Shown: piece by piece, positions 1 to 12,620 of the stretch | How positions within the stretch are numbered: position 1 is the first letter of the stretch | Layout: every line of letters starts with the position of its first letter | NCBI RefSeq assembly: GCF_006345805.1 | Contig: NW_021835796.1 | Location: 1-38,299 of the forward strand | Source of the DNA: Octopus sinensis | Taxonomy: Eukaryota | DNA: 38,299 bases | Direction: 5' to 3' | Position numbers and translations under genes: made by a program | The notes under the pieces: model-generated | The model's database searches: none | Told to the model about the DNA's origin: nothing | The model's input: the letters and a program-made list of their open reading frames with translations, nothing else

Positions 1-240
1 CTATATTGTAATACTATACATGCATGTAGGCGCACATATATATATTAATGTATACATGTATGCATACATACATTCATATATTTATATATACAAGTATGTA
101 TATATATATATATATATATATACAGGTTATGTATATATATATACATATACACACATATATTTATATATATATATATGCATTTATATATATATATATATGT
201 GCGTATATATATCTATATATAAATATGCTTGTATAGCCCT
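1..240. repeat. Degenerate (TA)n/(TATG)n microsatellite
   Basis: Directly visible. It produces the spurious ORFs 20..322 and 48..236. Confidence 0.9.
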
Positions 241-318
241 TATAGAAGAGTTTCGAAAGGCAGTTAGCGGTTACTACAATGAGCATTATTATAATCACAA
301 ATTAATTTCACCTACTGC

Positions 319-692
319 CTAAGGGAAACGGCTACAATGCCAACCACCAGACTTGAGCTGGACTGATATCAACTCCCCATAGTGGCAAAAGTAGGTACTA
401 GTAGCTGGGCAAGGAAACATACTAGAGTTAACTCCCGTTGGAGGGGAAAGAGTCCGTGAGCTCCCATTGATTTTATTTCGTTGTTGCTGATACTTTTTCT
501 GCCGCGCCCGGCTGTTCTGAAACCACACCTGTGTGACTCGCTTACTGAGGCCTGCTTGGGCTGCTATCTGCTCCAAATCGTTACCATCAGGGTTACTGTC
601 CAGTTGAAATTTTGCTTGTAGAAACTGTAGCTGTTCTTCGGTAAAAGTTGTTCGCACGCGTTTTGCCTTCGGCTTTTGACTACTGGCGCTCT
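319..692 (-). CDS. Awh: LIM-homeobox gene (Arrowhead/Lhx6/8 family), homeodomain-encoding exon, probably the last coding exon
   Basis: Acceptor ttttccatttcAG at 695-693, then AG+[66 protein letters not shown]...RFP, with TAG at 321-319. The homeodomain spans about 666-487. The DSNPDG and [15 protein letters not shown] motifs are diagnostic of Awh/Lhx6/8. The exon opens with 2 nt, matching the phase-1 donor of the LIM2 exon. An internal donor after the homeodomain cannot be excluded. Confidence 0.93.
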
Positions 693-3600
693 CTGAAATG
701 GAAAATACAAAAAAATATGTGTCAGATTCATCTTTTTGTACTTAGTTTACTTTTTATTTTTCCTTTTATATCTGATTTTATATAATATTAAACATATTAG
801 GGACTCACACGCCTGAAATACTCGCTTGTTCATATCATTATGTACCAGGGACGAGCAACATATTTTGAAAAGCGGACCGCATGAGACATGGTTTATCATA
901 AGCGGACTACTCTACTAATGAAATTGAAGACAATTTTCCGTTTGGCATTACCATTCAGAAAGTTCCGTGGGCAATTCGTCCATGACTGCTATATACTAAC
1001 ACGTTACACTGCTTTCTCTCAATCATTCAGAGATACTTACATACATATACACATGTATATATCTTTTTATCCACTCACCATCCATCCATCCATGTGTATA
1101 TTTATTACCGATTTAGTCCAATACAATGCGGCTTGAGTAATATATACCAATACGTACGTGCATACTTACTAGAGCATATATGTATGTCTACAAAGAAACC
1201 ATGCGCACACACAGACACACACAAGAATTGGGACATTACAATTTTAGTTAATGAGAGTGCTCAATGATCCATCAATTAGTTATAGTGCTAAGACTTGTGT
1301 CTATTTGAATTAAATAGCCAAGAAGTGTGAGCCTGAAATAATATCAAATGAAGAAAATATGAAATATTTATCAAAATTATCATCGGATCACATGCAGCTC
1401 TTTCATTGACCATTTACGTAATCAGCAGATGTTGATCTGAAGACACTAACTTAGTTAAGCAACAGGGATTAAGTGATTGTTGACAACATTTGTAGGTGAT
1501 TTATAAATCAACCAGGAATGGAAACTAGAAGGAAGCAGTTACTTTGTATACTATTCAGAAACAACAACTGTTTTAGAAAAACAATGAAAATACGTTTGGG
1601 TGTGCTTCATAAAGGGAACATAAAAGTTAGAATGCTTAAATCATGCCACCATCTATGTAATTGGCTGATTCACATGCACGTAGGCAGTGCAATTTTAGTT
1701 CATCCAAGCGATTTATTTAATCCTTGAGAATGCACAGTGACCCAATAATAAGTTCGTGCTATTAATTTACGCCTATGTAGATTAAACAAACGGAAAAATG
1801 GATATCAAGCGTACCGTAAAAAGAAAATATGGAACATTTAACACAAGCTACCTCGTGGGACAGCTAAACACATATTTAATTCATAATATAATACGCTTTA
1901 TGCATGCATTGGCGAACGACTGTGATTACAAACGAGGAAAAATGTACTCAACATATTAAGCAGAGCTTGTGTATATATGCTATTTGAAGTTCAAGCTTCT
2001 TAAATCGATACTCTGAGTTTCAGTTTGATGATTATTTAAGCAGTTATTGGAAAGAAGCAACGTAGCAGTATTGTAGCATAAAGATACAAAAATATTCATA
2101 ATACAACGAAATATGATTAATCACAGAAATTTGATTGGTTACCGAAAACCGTTGGAAAATGCATTATACATTCATCTATCCAATTGTCATAAACAGAACT
2201 CGTGATATATTCATCTACTCACATCAAAATGTGGAACAAATTTCTAATTCAGTGTCAGTTATGCAACAATTTTCATTAGCCAAATGTTTTAGTGTAGGTT
2301 TTCCAGGAACCAGATATATTTTAATCTTCTCTCCAACGCAGCTGGCATTGTCATTAAGGTGTCATGTATTAATAATCGAGGTCAAATGTTGATTTCATAT
2401 TTCCAAGGTCGATAAATAAAGTACAACACATTACTGGGTCGATTCTTTTCTCTTATTCTTTCTGTTTGTATTAAAAGCCAGGACAGCTCTCCCATGACTC
2501 TATCAGGAGTTAAGTTACCCCTTTATCTGTAGAGCTGGTCTTTAATGCATAATTTTGGTTTTAAAAACTTTTGTTATTAGGAGCTTCTCTATATTTACAA
2601 TCCACTGTGTCCGTGTGAAGCCAAGATGTCAATGTGCTTATTTAATTAACAGCCGACAAAATATCTAATAAAAATGCGTAATAACAATTTTTAAAAACTG
2701 TTTAAATATTACACAGTAAACTAGACTACAAAACAAAGTAACATTCTACATCGCCAACATGAACAAAGAGCAGAAATTATTTGTTCATCACGAAAGACGC
2801 GTGAAATGTGATTTTTGTTCCAAGAACATTGTGGAATTGTGCCAACTGAAGATGCTAAATTGTCGGAATTATATTGAATCGGAGAGTATCGATGGGAAAG
2901 TAATATATAAAAACTTAAGGAAATAAATGTCGAATGAGGAGGAAGTATGGAGTAAAGAAATAACTGAGGGTAAGGAAGAAAATGGAAGAGGGTGTATGTA
3001 GGAGTGAGAGAAAATAATAGATGAAAGAAAGATAGTTTGAAGTATATAGACGTGTGTGTGTGTGGTGTGTGTGTGTGTGTATGCGTGTGTGAGAGAGAAG
3101 GAGGAGGGAGAAAGAGAGGTAGAAGATCGTAAATGTGATAGAGATTTTGAGGAAGAAAAAATAGAGGAATAAAGAAACCGGAACGAAATTAGCTGAACAG
3201 AGATTGAAATAGAAAAAGAAAAGAAAAAAAGAAAGAAAAAGGGGGAAAAATGTAGATGGAAAAAAAATAGGTAAAATAGTAAAGAAGTAACTAGAAGTAT
3301 TAGGATTAGGGTTGCTATTAAATGGCAGAGATTTTATAAAGTGTTGCCCCCATCTTTTATTTATTTATTTATTTATATTTATAAGTGTTGTCACTTTGTT
3401 TTTAAGAGGTAACCGAGTCATTGACTCGCTAAGATGTTTTGGAGTTTGTCGAGTATTTTAACTCGTGAAGATGTCTTCTTCAGCTTCACTTCACGCATGA
3501 CAGATGAACAAAATTAAGTTGTAAACAGAGATTAAATATTTTTCTCTGCACTATAATCTAATAAACAAGATTCTTGTTTGTGTTCATCTTGTTAACCTCG

Positions 3601-4170
3601 AATCAATGTCGTTTATTTACATTAAATAGTTGCTGTTCTTTACGTTAAAAAAAAACAAAAGCACAAACGAAACCAAATCCAGTATATTTTGTACATTACG
3701 TACCACCAGATTTTGTTAACTTTTAGTAATGTTAATAAAATTTCAAATGTAACATTGTTTTTGATGCATAATAACCATTTATACAGCGGTTCATATGTAC
3801 ATGATAACGGTTTTTGAGGACGTAATAATCGTATATATAACCATATATATATATACGTATATATGCGTATATTGATAATTTTACAACCGTTTAAATACTT
3901 GTATAGTCACCAGTTTTCCTCTTGTCTCCGTCAACTGACATTATTTAGTAAGAGGAGAGCTAGAACACTTAGTGCCGCGAAACAAGTTGTTTTAATTAAT
4001 TAATATTACGTCCGTAATAAGGAGAACAAACTATTTGCCTGAATAATTATTATGGTCAAGAAAAGCAAGACAGACAGTCCTGAAATTCAAATAAATTAAT
4101 ATTAGTAAAAAATGGTCTGTGGATAATATAGTGCGGAGTGAGTCTGATTTTCTTCAAATACGCTGACAAC

Positions 4171-4210
4171 TCCGGACGTGTTTCGGTATTATTACTCCTC
4201 CTCAGTAGGC
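4171..4210 (-). ncRNA. Degenerate hammerhead-like motif in a Penelope-like fragment (about 4030-4260)
   Basis: Minus strand reads CTGAGGA-GGAGTAATAATACC-GAA-ACACGT-C. The core and GUC triplet are present, but helix II is imperfect and helix I does not pair. Probably an inactive relic. Confidence 0.4.
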
Positions 4211-4342
4211 ATGGTGTAAAAATTTGACTGAACAGTTTATTTTGATCAATCACATTATTTGCTTGAACTCCTGCCTTATTCTTGTTCTCACTTCATTAGC
4301 TATATATTTTGTTCTCACTTTATCATCTATATATTAAGCCAA

Positions 4343-4528
4343 CAATTTCAGGGAGAGGAAAGTCGATTACATCAACTCCAGGACCTAATTGGAACTTATT
4401 TCATCAACTCCGAAAGGATGAAAGGCAAAGTCGACCCCGGTGACATTTGAACTCAGAATGTGAAGTTGGAAGACTGCAGCTAAGCAGTTTTTTCCGCTGC
4501 AGTAATGATTCTGCCAGCTCGCCGCTTT
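4343..4528 (-). mobile_element. tRNA-derived SINE, family A (central domain resembles the MetaSINE domain)
   Basis: Minus strand: AAGCGGCGAGCTGGCAGAATC head ... GAGTTCAAAT (B-box-like) ... GGTCGACTTTGCCTTTCATCCTTTCGG core. Many homologous copies occur in the window. Confidence 0.8.
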
Positions 4529-4589
4529 TCATGATGCATATATCAAAACGGTAAGGCCAAATATGTGACTCTGTCATGTACTTAGTTGA

Positions 4590-4600
4590 AGGGAGAGGTG

Positions 4601-4632
<32 letters not shown>

Positions 4633-4770
4633 GGTGATAAAGAGAGAGAGATAAGGAAAGAGAGATTGAGTGTGTTAGCGGTGGCGGGAGAAAAGAGATT
4701 GCTTTTATGATATGTGGTTAAATAGCTAGTTGAAGGAAGAGGTAGCGAGAAAAGGAGAGGAATGTGGTGT

Positions 4771-4837
<67 letters not shown>

Positions 4838-4860
4838 AGAGGAGGGAGGAGTAAGAGAAA
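4590..4860. repeat. (GA)n purine-rich microsatellite region
   Basis: Directly visible. It is the source of the SLSL/ERER pseudo-ORFs. Confidence 0.85.
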
Positions 4861-5289
4861 AAATGTGTGTTTATTGTGGAGAATGAATGTATTGTGCCAA
4901 TTTTGCAATACAAAATATATTTCTACAGAAAAGCCAAGGCGGGCGTTCTGCCACCTGTAGTAAAACGAGAATGCCCTTCTTACCAAAGGCCTCCCACGAG
5001 CGAACTTCATAATCCATAAAGCCTAAATTTAAAGGGAAACATATCATTGTACCATTCATCTTTATCATCTTTATCATATAAGAGTCTAGATTTCTGAACT
5101 TCTAAGAAAAGAACCTCATTGTTTTAGAGTACACAACCATGTGTCTGATGGCTGTGCACTCTGCATCCAATTGGTGATCAACACAGACAATTTGTTCAAC
5201 TGTATGTAGTTTCTTCTTTGGAAGCTACCGAAGTTTGAGCTAGCAACTATGCATTATAGGTGCATTCCAGAAATAGCTGCAACTTTAAT

Positions 5290-5451
5290 TTATGTTCCGA
5301 GTTCGAATTCTACCGAGGTCGACTTTGCTTTATATCCTTTTGGGGTCGATGAAATAAGTACCAGCTGAGTACTGTGGTCGATGTAATCGACTTACTCCCT
5401 CCTCCAAAATTGCTGGCCCTGTGCCAAAATTTGAAACCATTATCATCATCA

Positions 5452-5487
<36 letters not shown>

Positions 5488-5990
5488 TATTATTATATTA
5501 TTATTATTATTATATTATTATTATTATTAAGGTGGTTAAGATGGCATGCAGGCAGAATCGTTAGCACGCTGGAAAAAAAATGCTTAGTGGCATTTCTTTC
5601 CGTTTTTAGTTCTGGATTCAAATTCTGCTCAGGTCGATTTTTCCTTTTATCTTTTCGGGATCAATTAAAATAATTACCAGTTTCGTACTGGAGTCGATGT
5701 AATCGACTAACCCACCCACTCCTTTAAAATTTCCGACCTTGTGCCTATAGTAAAAAAAAAAAGCTTAGTACAGCAGCGAACTGGTACAATCGTTGTAGCA
5801 TTGGTCAAAATGCTTAGCAGCATCTCTTCCGGCTCTTTACATTCCGAGTTCAAGTGTCACCAAGATCAGCCTTACTTTTCCTCCTTTCGGGACCGTTTAA
5901 ATAAGTACCAGTCAAATGCCGGAGCAATGTAAACAACTTACTCCTACCTTCAAGCTCCTAGCTTTGTACCAATATTAGAAAGAACGAGCA
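5290..5990 (+). mobile_element. Three tandem same-strand family A SINE copies (about 5290-5438, 5530-5760, 5770-5990), with a (TTA)n tract between the first two
   Basis: Repeated GAGTTCRAATT...GGTCGA...TAAGTACCAG...GTCGATGTAATCGACT motifs. Confidence 0.8.
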
Positions 5991-6119
5991 TGTGTATGTA
6001 TATATAAATGTGTGTGTGAGTGTGTGTGTGTGTGTGAGTGTGTGTGTGTGTGAGTGTGTGAGTGTGTGTGTGTGTATGTGTGTGAGTGTGTGTGTATGTA
6101 AATATGTATGAGTGTGCGT

Positions 6120-6340
6120 GCGCGTCTTTGTGTCTGTGATTATCTCCCGTCACCGCTAGGACAACCAGTGTTGATGTGTTTATGCCCTTGTAACATAGCG
6201 GTTCGCAAAAGGGATCGATTGAATAAATACTGGGCTTAATAAAAAAAGTTCTGGGGTCGATTCGTTCGACTAAAGTTCTTCAAGGCGGTGCCCCAGGATT
6301 GCCGCAGTCAAATGACTTATACAAGTAAAAGGTGAATGTA
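6120..6340 (+). mobile_element. 3' part of a family B SINE
   Basis: TAGCGGTTCGCAAAAG...AAGGCGGTGCCCCAGG...GCCGCAGTCAAATGAC is homologous to the reverse complement of 29985-30130. Confidence 0.7.
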
Positions 6341-6544
6341 TGTGTGAATGTATAATCTCAATTAGAAAAAAATAAGGGCAAAGAAAGTTAAGACCCCGCC
6401 ACAAAACTGGATGTGTAGTGATCAATAGATATTAAGATATTGAAGTAAAATGGCGCCGTCGATGGTGGCAAAAAATATGTTGGCAACAAAAATATTGTCA
6501 ATACTATAATTTAGATTAACAAACTAGACATATATAAAGAAATT

Positions 6545-6845
6545 AAATGATAAAGATCCCCTTTGATCATGGGGTTGCACCTAGAAAGTTCCCCTCCGAG
6601 GAATGAACCCAGGCTAGGTTGTTTATGGAAGACTAGCAGTCGCCCATGCATACCAGCTTCCCCTCTCTCCGCCACTAATGTTATACAAGGCAATGGCACC
6701 AGTAACGTCACAACTCATTCCTACAGCTGAGTGAACTGGAGCAATGTGAAATAAAGCGTCTTGCTCAAAAGCACAACATACATCCCGGTCTGGGGATTCG
6801 AACTCACTACATCATGATTGCGAGCCCGACGATGTAACCACAGAA
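6545..6845 (-). mobile_element. tRNA-derived SINE, family C
   Basis: Minus-strand B box GAGTTCGAATCCCC, followed by TTGAGCAAGACGCTTTATTTCACATTGCTCCAGTTCACTCAGCTGTAG. The same block occurs at 21520-21560 (+) and, more diverged, at 12430-12470 (+). Confidence 0.75.
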
Positions 6846-7255
6846 ATAGATAGATAAATAAATGGTAAATAAAGGAACAAATAAACGATCATAGTCCAGC
6901 CAGGAGCTCTTTGCAAAGCCGAAAATGCTATACTAATGGAATTCCGTAATTTCAATTCTTAATTCTGAGGTTGCTGTATTTATGAGATGGCGTTGTGGTG
7001 GAGACATAATCAATCAAAACCGCAGTTGTGCCTGTATGTTTGTGCGTTATTGTGTGTATGTGTGAATATTTGTGCGTGTGTGTGTGCACCGTGTACATGT
7101 GTGTGTATTTGTGTGTGTGTGTGTGATAGAGAGAGAGAGAGTGGGGTAGAAAGAGAGAGAAAGTAAGTGAAAGCAAAAAAATGAAGCTGGTGAAACTGAG
7201 AGAAGAGATAAAAAGAAAGAGAAGAGTCAAGAACGAGAGAGAAAAGAGAAAGGAA

Positions 7256-7291
<36 letters not shown>

Positions 7292-7754
7292 GAGCGAGAG
7301 AAAAGAGAAAGAAATAAGGTAAAGAAAGAATAAAGAATACAGTAACCTTCATATCCTGGAAGCCTTGGCTTGTATTGAAAATAATAGACATTTATGACCT
7401 AAGTGATCAACATTGGTTACTTAATGTATTTGGGTAGGAAATTAATTTCTTTAAAATTCCTGCTCTTTCTCTCAATTCTTGCAAATTTCCCTTCTAGGGA
7501 AGTACTGTAACTTCCTCCTCGTATTAGTATTACAGCAGTGCCCTCTACCGGTCTTTTACACCTCCAAGTCCGGTTATCAGCAGGCGGCTATTGTTCATCA
7601 AGCTGTGTTCTTTATTGCGTTCTGATCCTTTGACATGCAACACAACAGACAGTGGACGCTGCAAACATCCCTTGTATATATATTAATGAACTCATCTGAC
7701 AGATTTAGTCTCGATATGTGCTATGTGTATACAGCCGATACGTAGAAGTACTGC

Positions 7755-7781
7755 ACACACACACATTCACACACTCACTCA

Positions 7782-7845
<64 letters not shown>

Positions 7846-8101
7846 TACACACACTCACACACTCACACACACACACACACACATATACACGGATTCACAT
7901 AAATGTATGTATACATACAAGCATTCACATACGGTTATACATACACACGCAAATACAACACACATATGTACAAATGCATACATACACATACACAGATTCA
8001 CTTAAATGTATGTATACATACAAGCATTCATATACGGTTATACGTACACACGCAAATACAAACACACACATGTACAAATGCATACATACACACATACATA
8101 C

Positions 8102-8132
<31 letters not shown>

Positions 8133-8200
8133 TGTATGTATGTATGTATGTATGTATGTATGTATGTATAAATGTGTGTGTGTGTGCGCGCGCGTCCATG
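7755..8200. repeat. (CA)n tract, a 103-bp tandem duplication (7888-7990 / 7991-about 8095) and a (TATG)n tract
   Basis: Two copies of CAC(G/A)GATTCAC(A/T)TAAATGTATGTATACATACAAGCATTCA... are directly visible. Confidence 0.85.
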
Positions 8201-8593
8201 CGTGCGTGTACGTGTGTGTATAGTTGCGTACCGTCACATACATCTATATTTCATTCAACGTTGTTTAGTACGTTTGTAATAAATAAATTTCAGCTTGGCA
8301 AAGCTTTTGGCACATCAACAAATGTTCCGTTTTCTGTTCTTCTTAGTGTTTATGAGCAACGACTCAGTAACTGTAGTTGATGACGCGCAACTACGCAGAA
8401 ATGTATGTGTCCTATACTCCGATGATATCATTCATAGCTCAGTTGTGTTTTTCAGACATACCGGAAAAAAATTTTCTCTCGAGACAATTTCTGCCAGTGT
8501 CTGTCTATATTCTTGTGTACACGAACATATTAAATACAACTGTACGCACGCACTTATATTTCCTTCCACTCTGTTTAGTGTATCCCTACATGC

Positions 8594-8655
<62 letters not shown>

Positions 8656-9281
8656 CACAATGAGGATATTTAAACCTCTTATAGGGATTTTTATTCAAAG
8701 ATACAATGGTTTAATATTATTTTGAAGAGATATATATGAAGATATCGTTTGAAGATATATATATATATATCAAATATTGTAAAATATCCAATATTTTTAT
8801 CGAGTTAGAAAACAGAGAGATCTAACGGATACAAATTAATATATTAATTACTTAACATATTCACCTACAACTGTTTCATTTCACAAACAAAACTACAATT
8901 ACAAAACATATAAATATATAATTTTGCATTTTAAATACCTTGAATGGAAAATCATCAGGGTGTACAAAGGACTATAAGGACTACATTGGGATACGTTTGG
9001 CATCGGGCTCCCGTCAGGGACCTGCGAAACTTGAAGTAGCACAGAACCGAAACAATCGATTTTAAATTATACATACATACATACATACATACATACATAC
9101 ATACAACATACATACATACATACAATAATATATATATATATAATATATAATATATATATATAAACATACAAATTTCCACACGAAAGCACGAACTTCAAAA
9201 CGTGTCTTCTCTGATGTGAATTTGCTACACGGGTTATCGGTAACCGAATTATCCAGAACAAGATAATTCATTCTACTACAA

Positions 9282-9336
<55 letters not shown>

Positions 9337-10219
9337 ATATATATGCATGTATGTGTGTGTGCCACTGTGTGTGTGTGGTGGTGTGAATACATGAATGCAT
9401 ACTTTGTGACTGATTATATTTATCACAGAAGTGTGCCACTTAACAGTATGAGATGCATCTTTAGAGAAGAATCTGTCCACGAGTCCCCGTCCAGTAAACG
9501 CGTCATTCTATCACTGTGAAAATATATTTATAATGAGGAAATATTTCTTCAAACGAGTGTATCTAAAAATCTATCTTTGTTTTCCAATTACTGCCAACAC
9601 TTCTAACTCACCGCGTTTTAAAGTTTCAGTTTAGGAAAAGCATTATCAATAATTCTGTTTGTATTTTACAAAATTTCCAATATATCGAATATCGTGATTT
9701 TCTAACAGCATGTCTTCTCATCGAATGTAAAAATAGACAGGGATAGCGAGATCAATATATAGACGGATTGATAGATAAACAGATTGTCTATGAATTTAAT
9801 AATAAAAGAGCCACTATGGCAAAAAACAAAGTTCTATAAAATGGCAGGGTAAATGATCGTCGATGATAGAAAACATATGCAGAGGCGAAAAGGTGACAAT
9901 CAGAATGTCTAATATAAGCATAAGGCTAAATATTACGGATAGGGATATGGGTGAATTAATGGAGTCTGGTTTTCAATGGCTTTTTATTCTTCCTATCAAA
10001 GAAGGGTGAAAAGCGTCGGCTACTGCGAGATTTGAACCTAGCAATTGATATATATAATATATATATATATATAATATATATATATATATATTACATATAT
10101 AAATATCCAAATATATTAAACACATAAAAATATACATACATACATACATACATACATACATACATACACACACACACAACACCCACACACACACAACACA
10201 TATATATAATATATATATC

Positions 10220-10265
<46 letters not shown>

Positions 10266-10444
10266 TAATATATATATATATGATGTATATATACAACACA
10301 ATATACACACAGAGATGACAAAAGTAAATAGACAATCCCATAAAACATCGGTTAATGTTTATTCTATCTTGTAGAGGTTTATATTTTTTTTATTAATTGG
10401 CATTTTTACGATTCAGGTTCTCTGTGTGACTGTTTAATCATGCC

Positions 10445-10600
10445 ATGTACAAAAGAAAAAAAAAGAAAAGAAATGCCTTGGGACAGTCCGAATATCTAAG
10501 AGCCCTTATTGTCGATCAATTTGAAGGTGGACATAGTCAGCGTAAAATGGCAGAAAACCTTGGGACCCCGCTTTCTACAGTTAATAGAGTGGTTGTGTTC
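10445..10600 (+). mobile_element. Tc1/mariner-like transposase N-terminal HTH fragment
   Basis: [36 protein letters not shown] resembles the first paired-like HTH of Tc1 transposases. It is truncated by the hammerhead-bearing fragment at about 10594. Confidence 0.55.
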
Positions 10601-10636
10601 CATTTTGTTGAAGAGCATATGCTTGAAACGTAAAAG
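10601..10636 (+). ncRNA. Degraded minimal type I hammerhead (A6U family) in a Penelope-like fragment (about 10594-10700)
   Basis: CATT-TTGTTGA-A-GAGC(atat)GCTT-GAA-ACGT-A-AAAG. The downstream flank aligns with the reverse complement of 27000-27100, so both are copies of one family. Confidence 0.55.
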
Positions 10637-10724
10637 ATTTTCTGAATTCCCGAGCGTTAACTGATACATCTGTTTGTTGTTTACACACCCGTCTTCATTC
10701 CGTAGAAGAAAAAATTACAATCGG

Positions 10725-11003
10725 ACCATGTTAAGACCAAAAATTATTTACATCAAAAAGGTGCTTTTTTTCTATGAAAATCCCCTATTTTTTACGATTT
10801 TTTGACTGCTGTGTCGAAACTTTTCGGTGTATTTCAACCAGAAGAATGTTCACTTAAAGAGAATAACAAGCTACATAATGCAAAATTTTTACTTTTCAAA
10901 AAAGATTGAAACTATGTCAAAACTTTCTTAACGCGACATCAAAGTCTGCGTTTTAAGCGCAACTAAAAAACAAACCCGAGCAACGCCGTGCTATACAGCT
11001 AGT
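10725..11003 (+). mobile_element. Non-autonomous Helitron-like element, 3' end
   Basis: It ends CCCGAGCAACGCCGTG (subterminal hairpin, one mismatch) ... CTAG|T at 10999-11003, the canonical Helitron 3' signature. The 5' boundary is uncertain. Confidence 0.55.
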
Positions 11004-11476
11004 GTGAGATAAAATAAAATATGGAGGATAACACAATAAGATGCCGTGGAACGTGGTTGATTAATATCGATGGTGTTGTGGTGATAGTTACCTGTAGATG
11101 AGAATTACCTCTGGAAGACTTTGTGCAATGTATATATGAAAACTATTATAATGTGTATTGATTTAATGAATATCTAATTAAGCGGATGATACAAAAATAG
11201 TTTATTAAGTAAATGGATAAATAATGAAGTAATTAAGGAAAAAGATTGAGTAAATAGATTGTTAAATAAATTGTTGCATGGTTAAATATTTCAATACTTG
11301 GTTAAGGATAAATAATAAACGATTGCTTAATATGTGAGATTAGATAACAATATTCATCAAAGCAACTTTCGATAGGGAGTAAGAATATATGATGGGGATA
11401 TATCACATCAACATGCAGTGCAGGTGGAGGCGATCAAGAAGTAGTTGTGAAATAAGGAAATGAAATAAATAATATT

Positions 11477-12325
11477 GGTTTCAAATTTTGGCACGAGGCC
11501 AGCAACTTCGGAGGAGGGGCTAAGTCGATTACTTCGATCCCAGAGCTAAACTGAAAGATTGAAAAGCAAAGTCGACTTTGGCGGAATTTGAATTCAGAAC
11601 GTAAAGACGGATAAAACGACGCTAAGCCTGGTGTGCTAACGTTTCTTATTTCTTTATTGCACACAAGAGACTAAACATAGAGGGGACAAACAAGGACAGA
11701 CAAAGGAATTAAGTCGACTAGATCGACCCCAGTGCGTAACTGGTACTTAATTTATCGACCCCGAAAAGATGAAAGGCAAAGTCGACCTCGGCGGAATTTG
11801 AACTCAGAACGTAACGGCAGACGAAATACCGCTAAGTATTTCGCCCGGCCTGCTAACGTTTCTGCCAGCTCGCCATTGTAAGAGAAATGCATAATATTAG
11901 TTTCAAAAATTTTAGCACAAGGTTAGTGATTTCTGTGGAGGGGGTAAGTCGATTACATTGACTCTAGTGTTCAACTGCTACTTATTTTATCGTCTCCAAA
12001 AGGATCAAAGGCAAAGTCGACCTCACTTGAATTTGAACTCAGAGCGTAAAGAAAGATCAAATGCTGCTAAGCATTTTCCCCAGTGTGCTTTCGATTCTGC
12101 CAGCTCGCCGCCCTAAGGGAAATATACAATATTCTTTTCTACACTAAGCACAATTTTTGGGGGAGGAGGCCAGTTGATTAGATCAACCCCAGTACGCAAC
12201 TGGTACTTAATTTATCGACTCCCAAAGGATGAAAGGCAAAGTCAATCACGGTGGAATTTGAAAGATAGACGAAATACAGCTAAACATTTCGCCCGGCGTG
12301 CAAACATTTCTGCCCGCTCGCTGCC
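11477..12325 (-). mobile_element. Four tandem same-strand family A SINE copies (about 11477-11645, 11646-11876, 11897-12116, 12130-12325)
   Basis: Each copy shows AAAGGCAAAGTCGAC...GAATTTGAA... and the GCCAGCTCGCC head (or a close variant) on the reverse strand. The copy at 11646-11876 is the best preserved. Confidence 0.85.
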
Positions 12326-12354
12326 TTGGGAATGCATAATATTAAATCATGTTG

Positions 12355-12620
12355 CGTAGCCTGCTGGCTTTACAGTCATGATCATAAGAGCGTGGTTTCG
12401 ATTCCCGGTCCGGGCTGTATGTTGTGTTCTGAGCAAAAAACATAATTTCCCGTTGTTCCAGTCCACGCAGCAGTAACAGAGTCCAGTAATAGTGGTAACT
12501 TACACGTGCAATGGAGTAGCGTCTCGTTTAGGAGGGAGTGTTGCAATACCAAACACTTAAACATCATGGAAACCGGATTAAACTCCGATCCTGTGAGTCC
12601 TTGGGCACATAGTAAACCTA
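12355..12620 (+). mobile_element. tRNA-derived SINE, family C, diverged
   Basis: B box GGTTTCGATTCCCGG, then TTGTGTTCTGAGCAA...GTTCCAGTCCACGCAGC. Confidence 0.65.

Noticed and set aside
20-322. ORFs rich in YI, HT, CV, MYVC, ER or SL repeats here and throughout the window
   Set aside because: All coincide with di-, tri- or tetranucleotide microsatellites and show no domain signal.
6770-6845. tRNA-like A/B boxes here and at 12390, 21440, 25860 and 30330
   Set aside because: No complete cloverleaf, and each continues into a SINE body, so they are SINE heads rather than tRNA genes.
8370-8400. Short hairpin GTAGTTG...CAACTAC containing TGATGA
   Set aside because: No helix II-GAAA arrangement, and a 7-bp stem is expected by chance.
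8860-8877. Hammerhead 3' half on the minus strand (GAA-ACAGTTGT-A-GGTGAA)
   Set aside because: No core or helix II upstream. Counted only as a truncated relic, not as a feature.
8990-9260. Hammerhead-like pieces (CTGACGG...AAACGTA; GGTTA-tcgg-TAACC-GAA)
   Set aside because: The helices and core cannot be assembled consistently.
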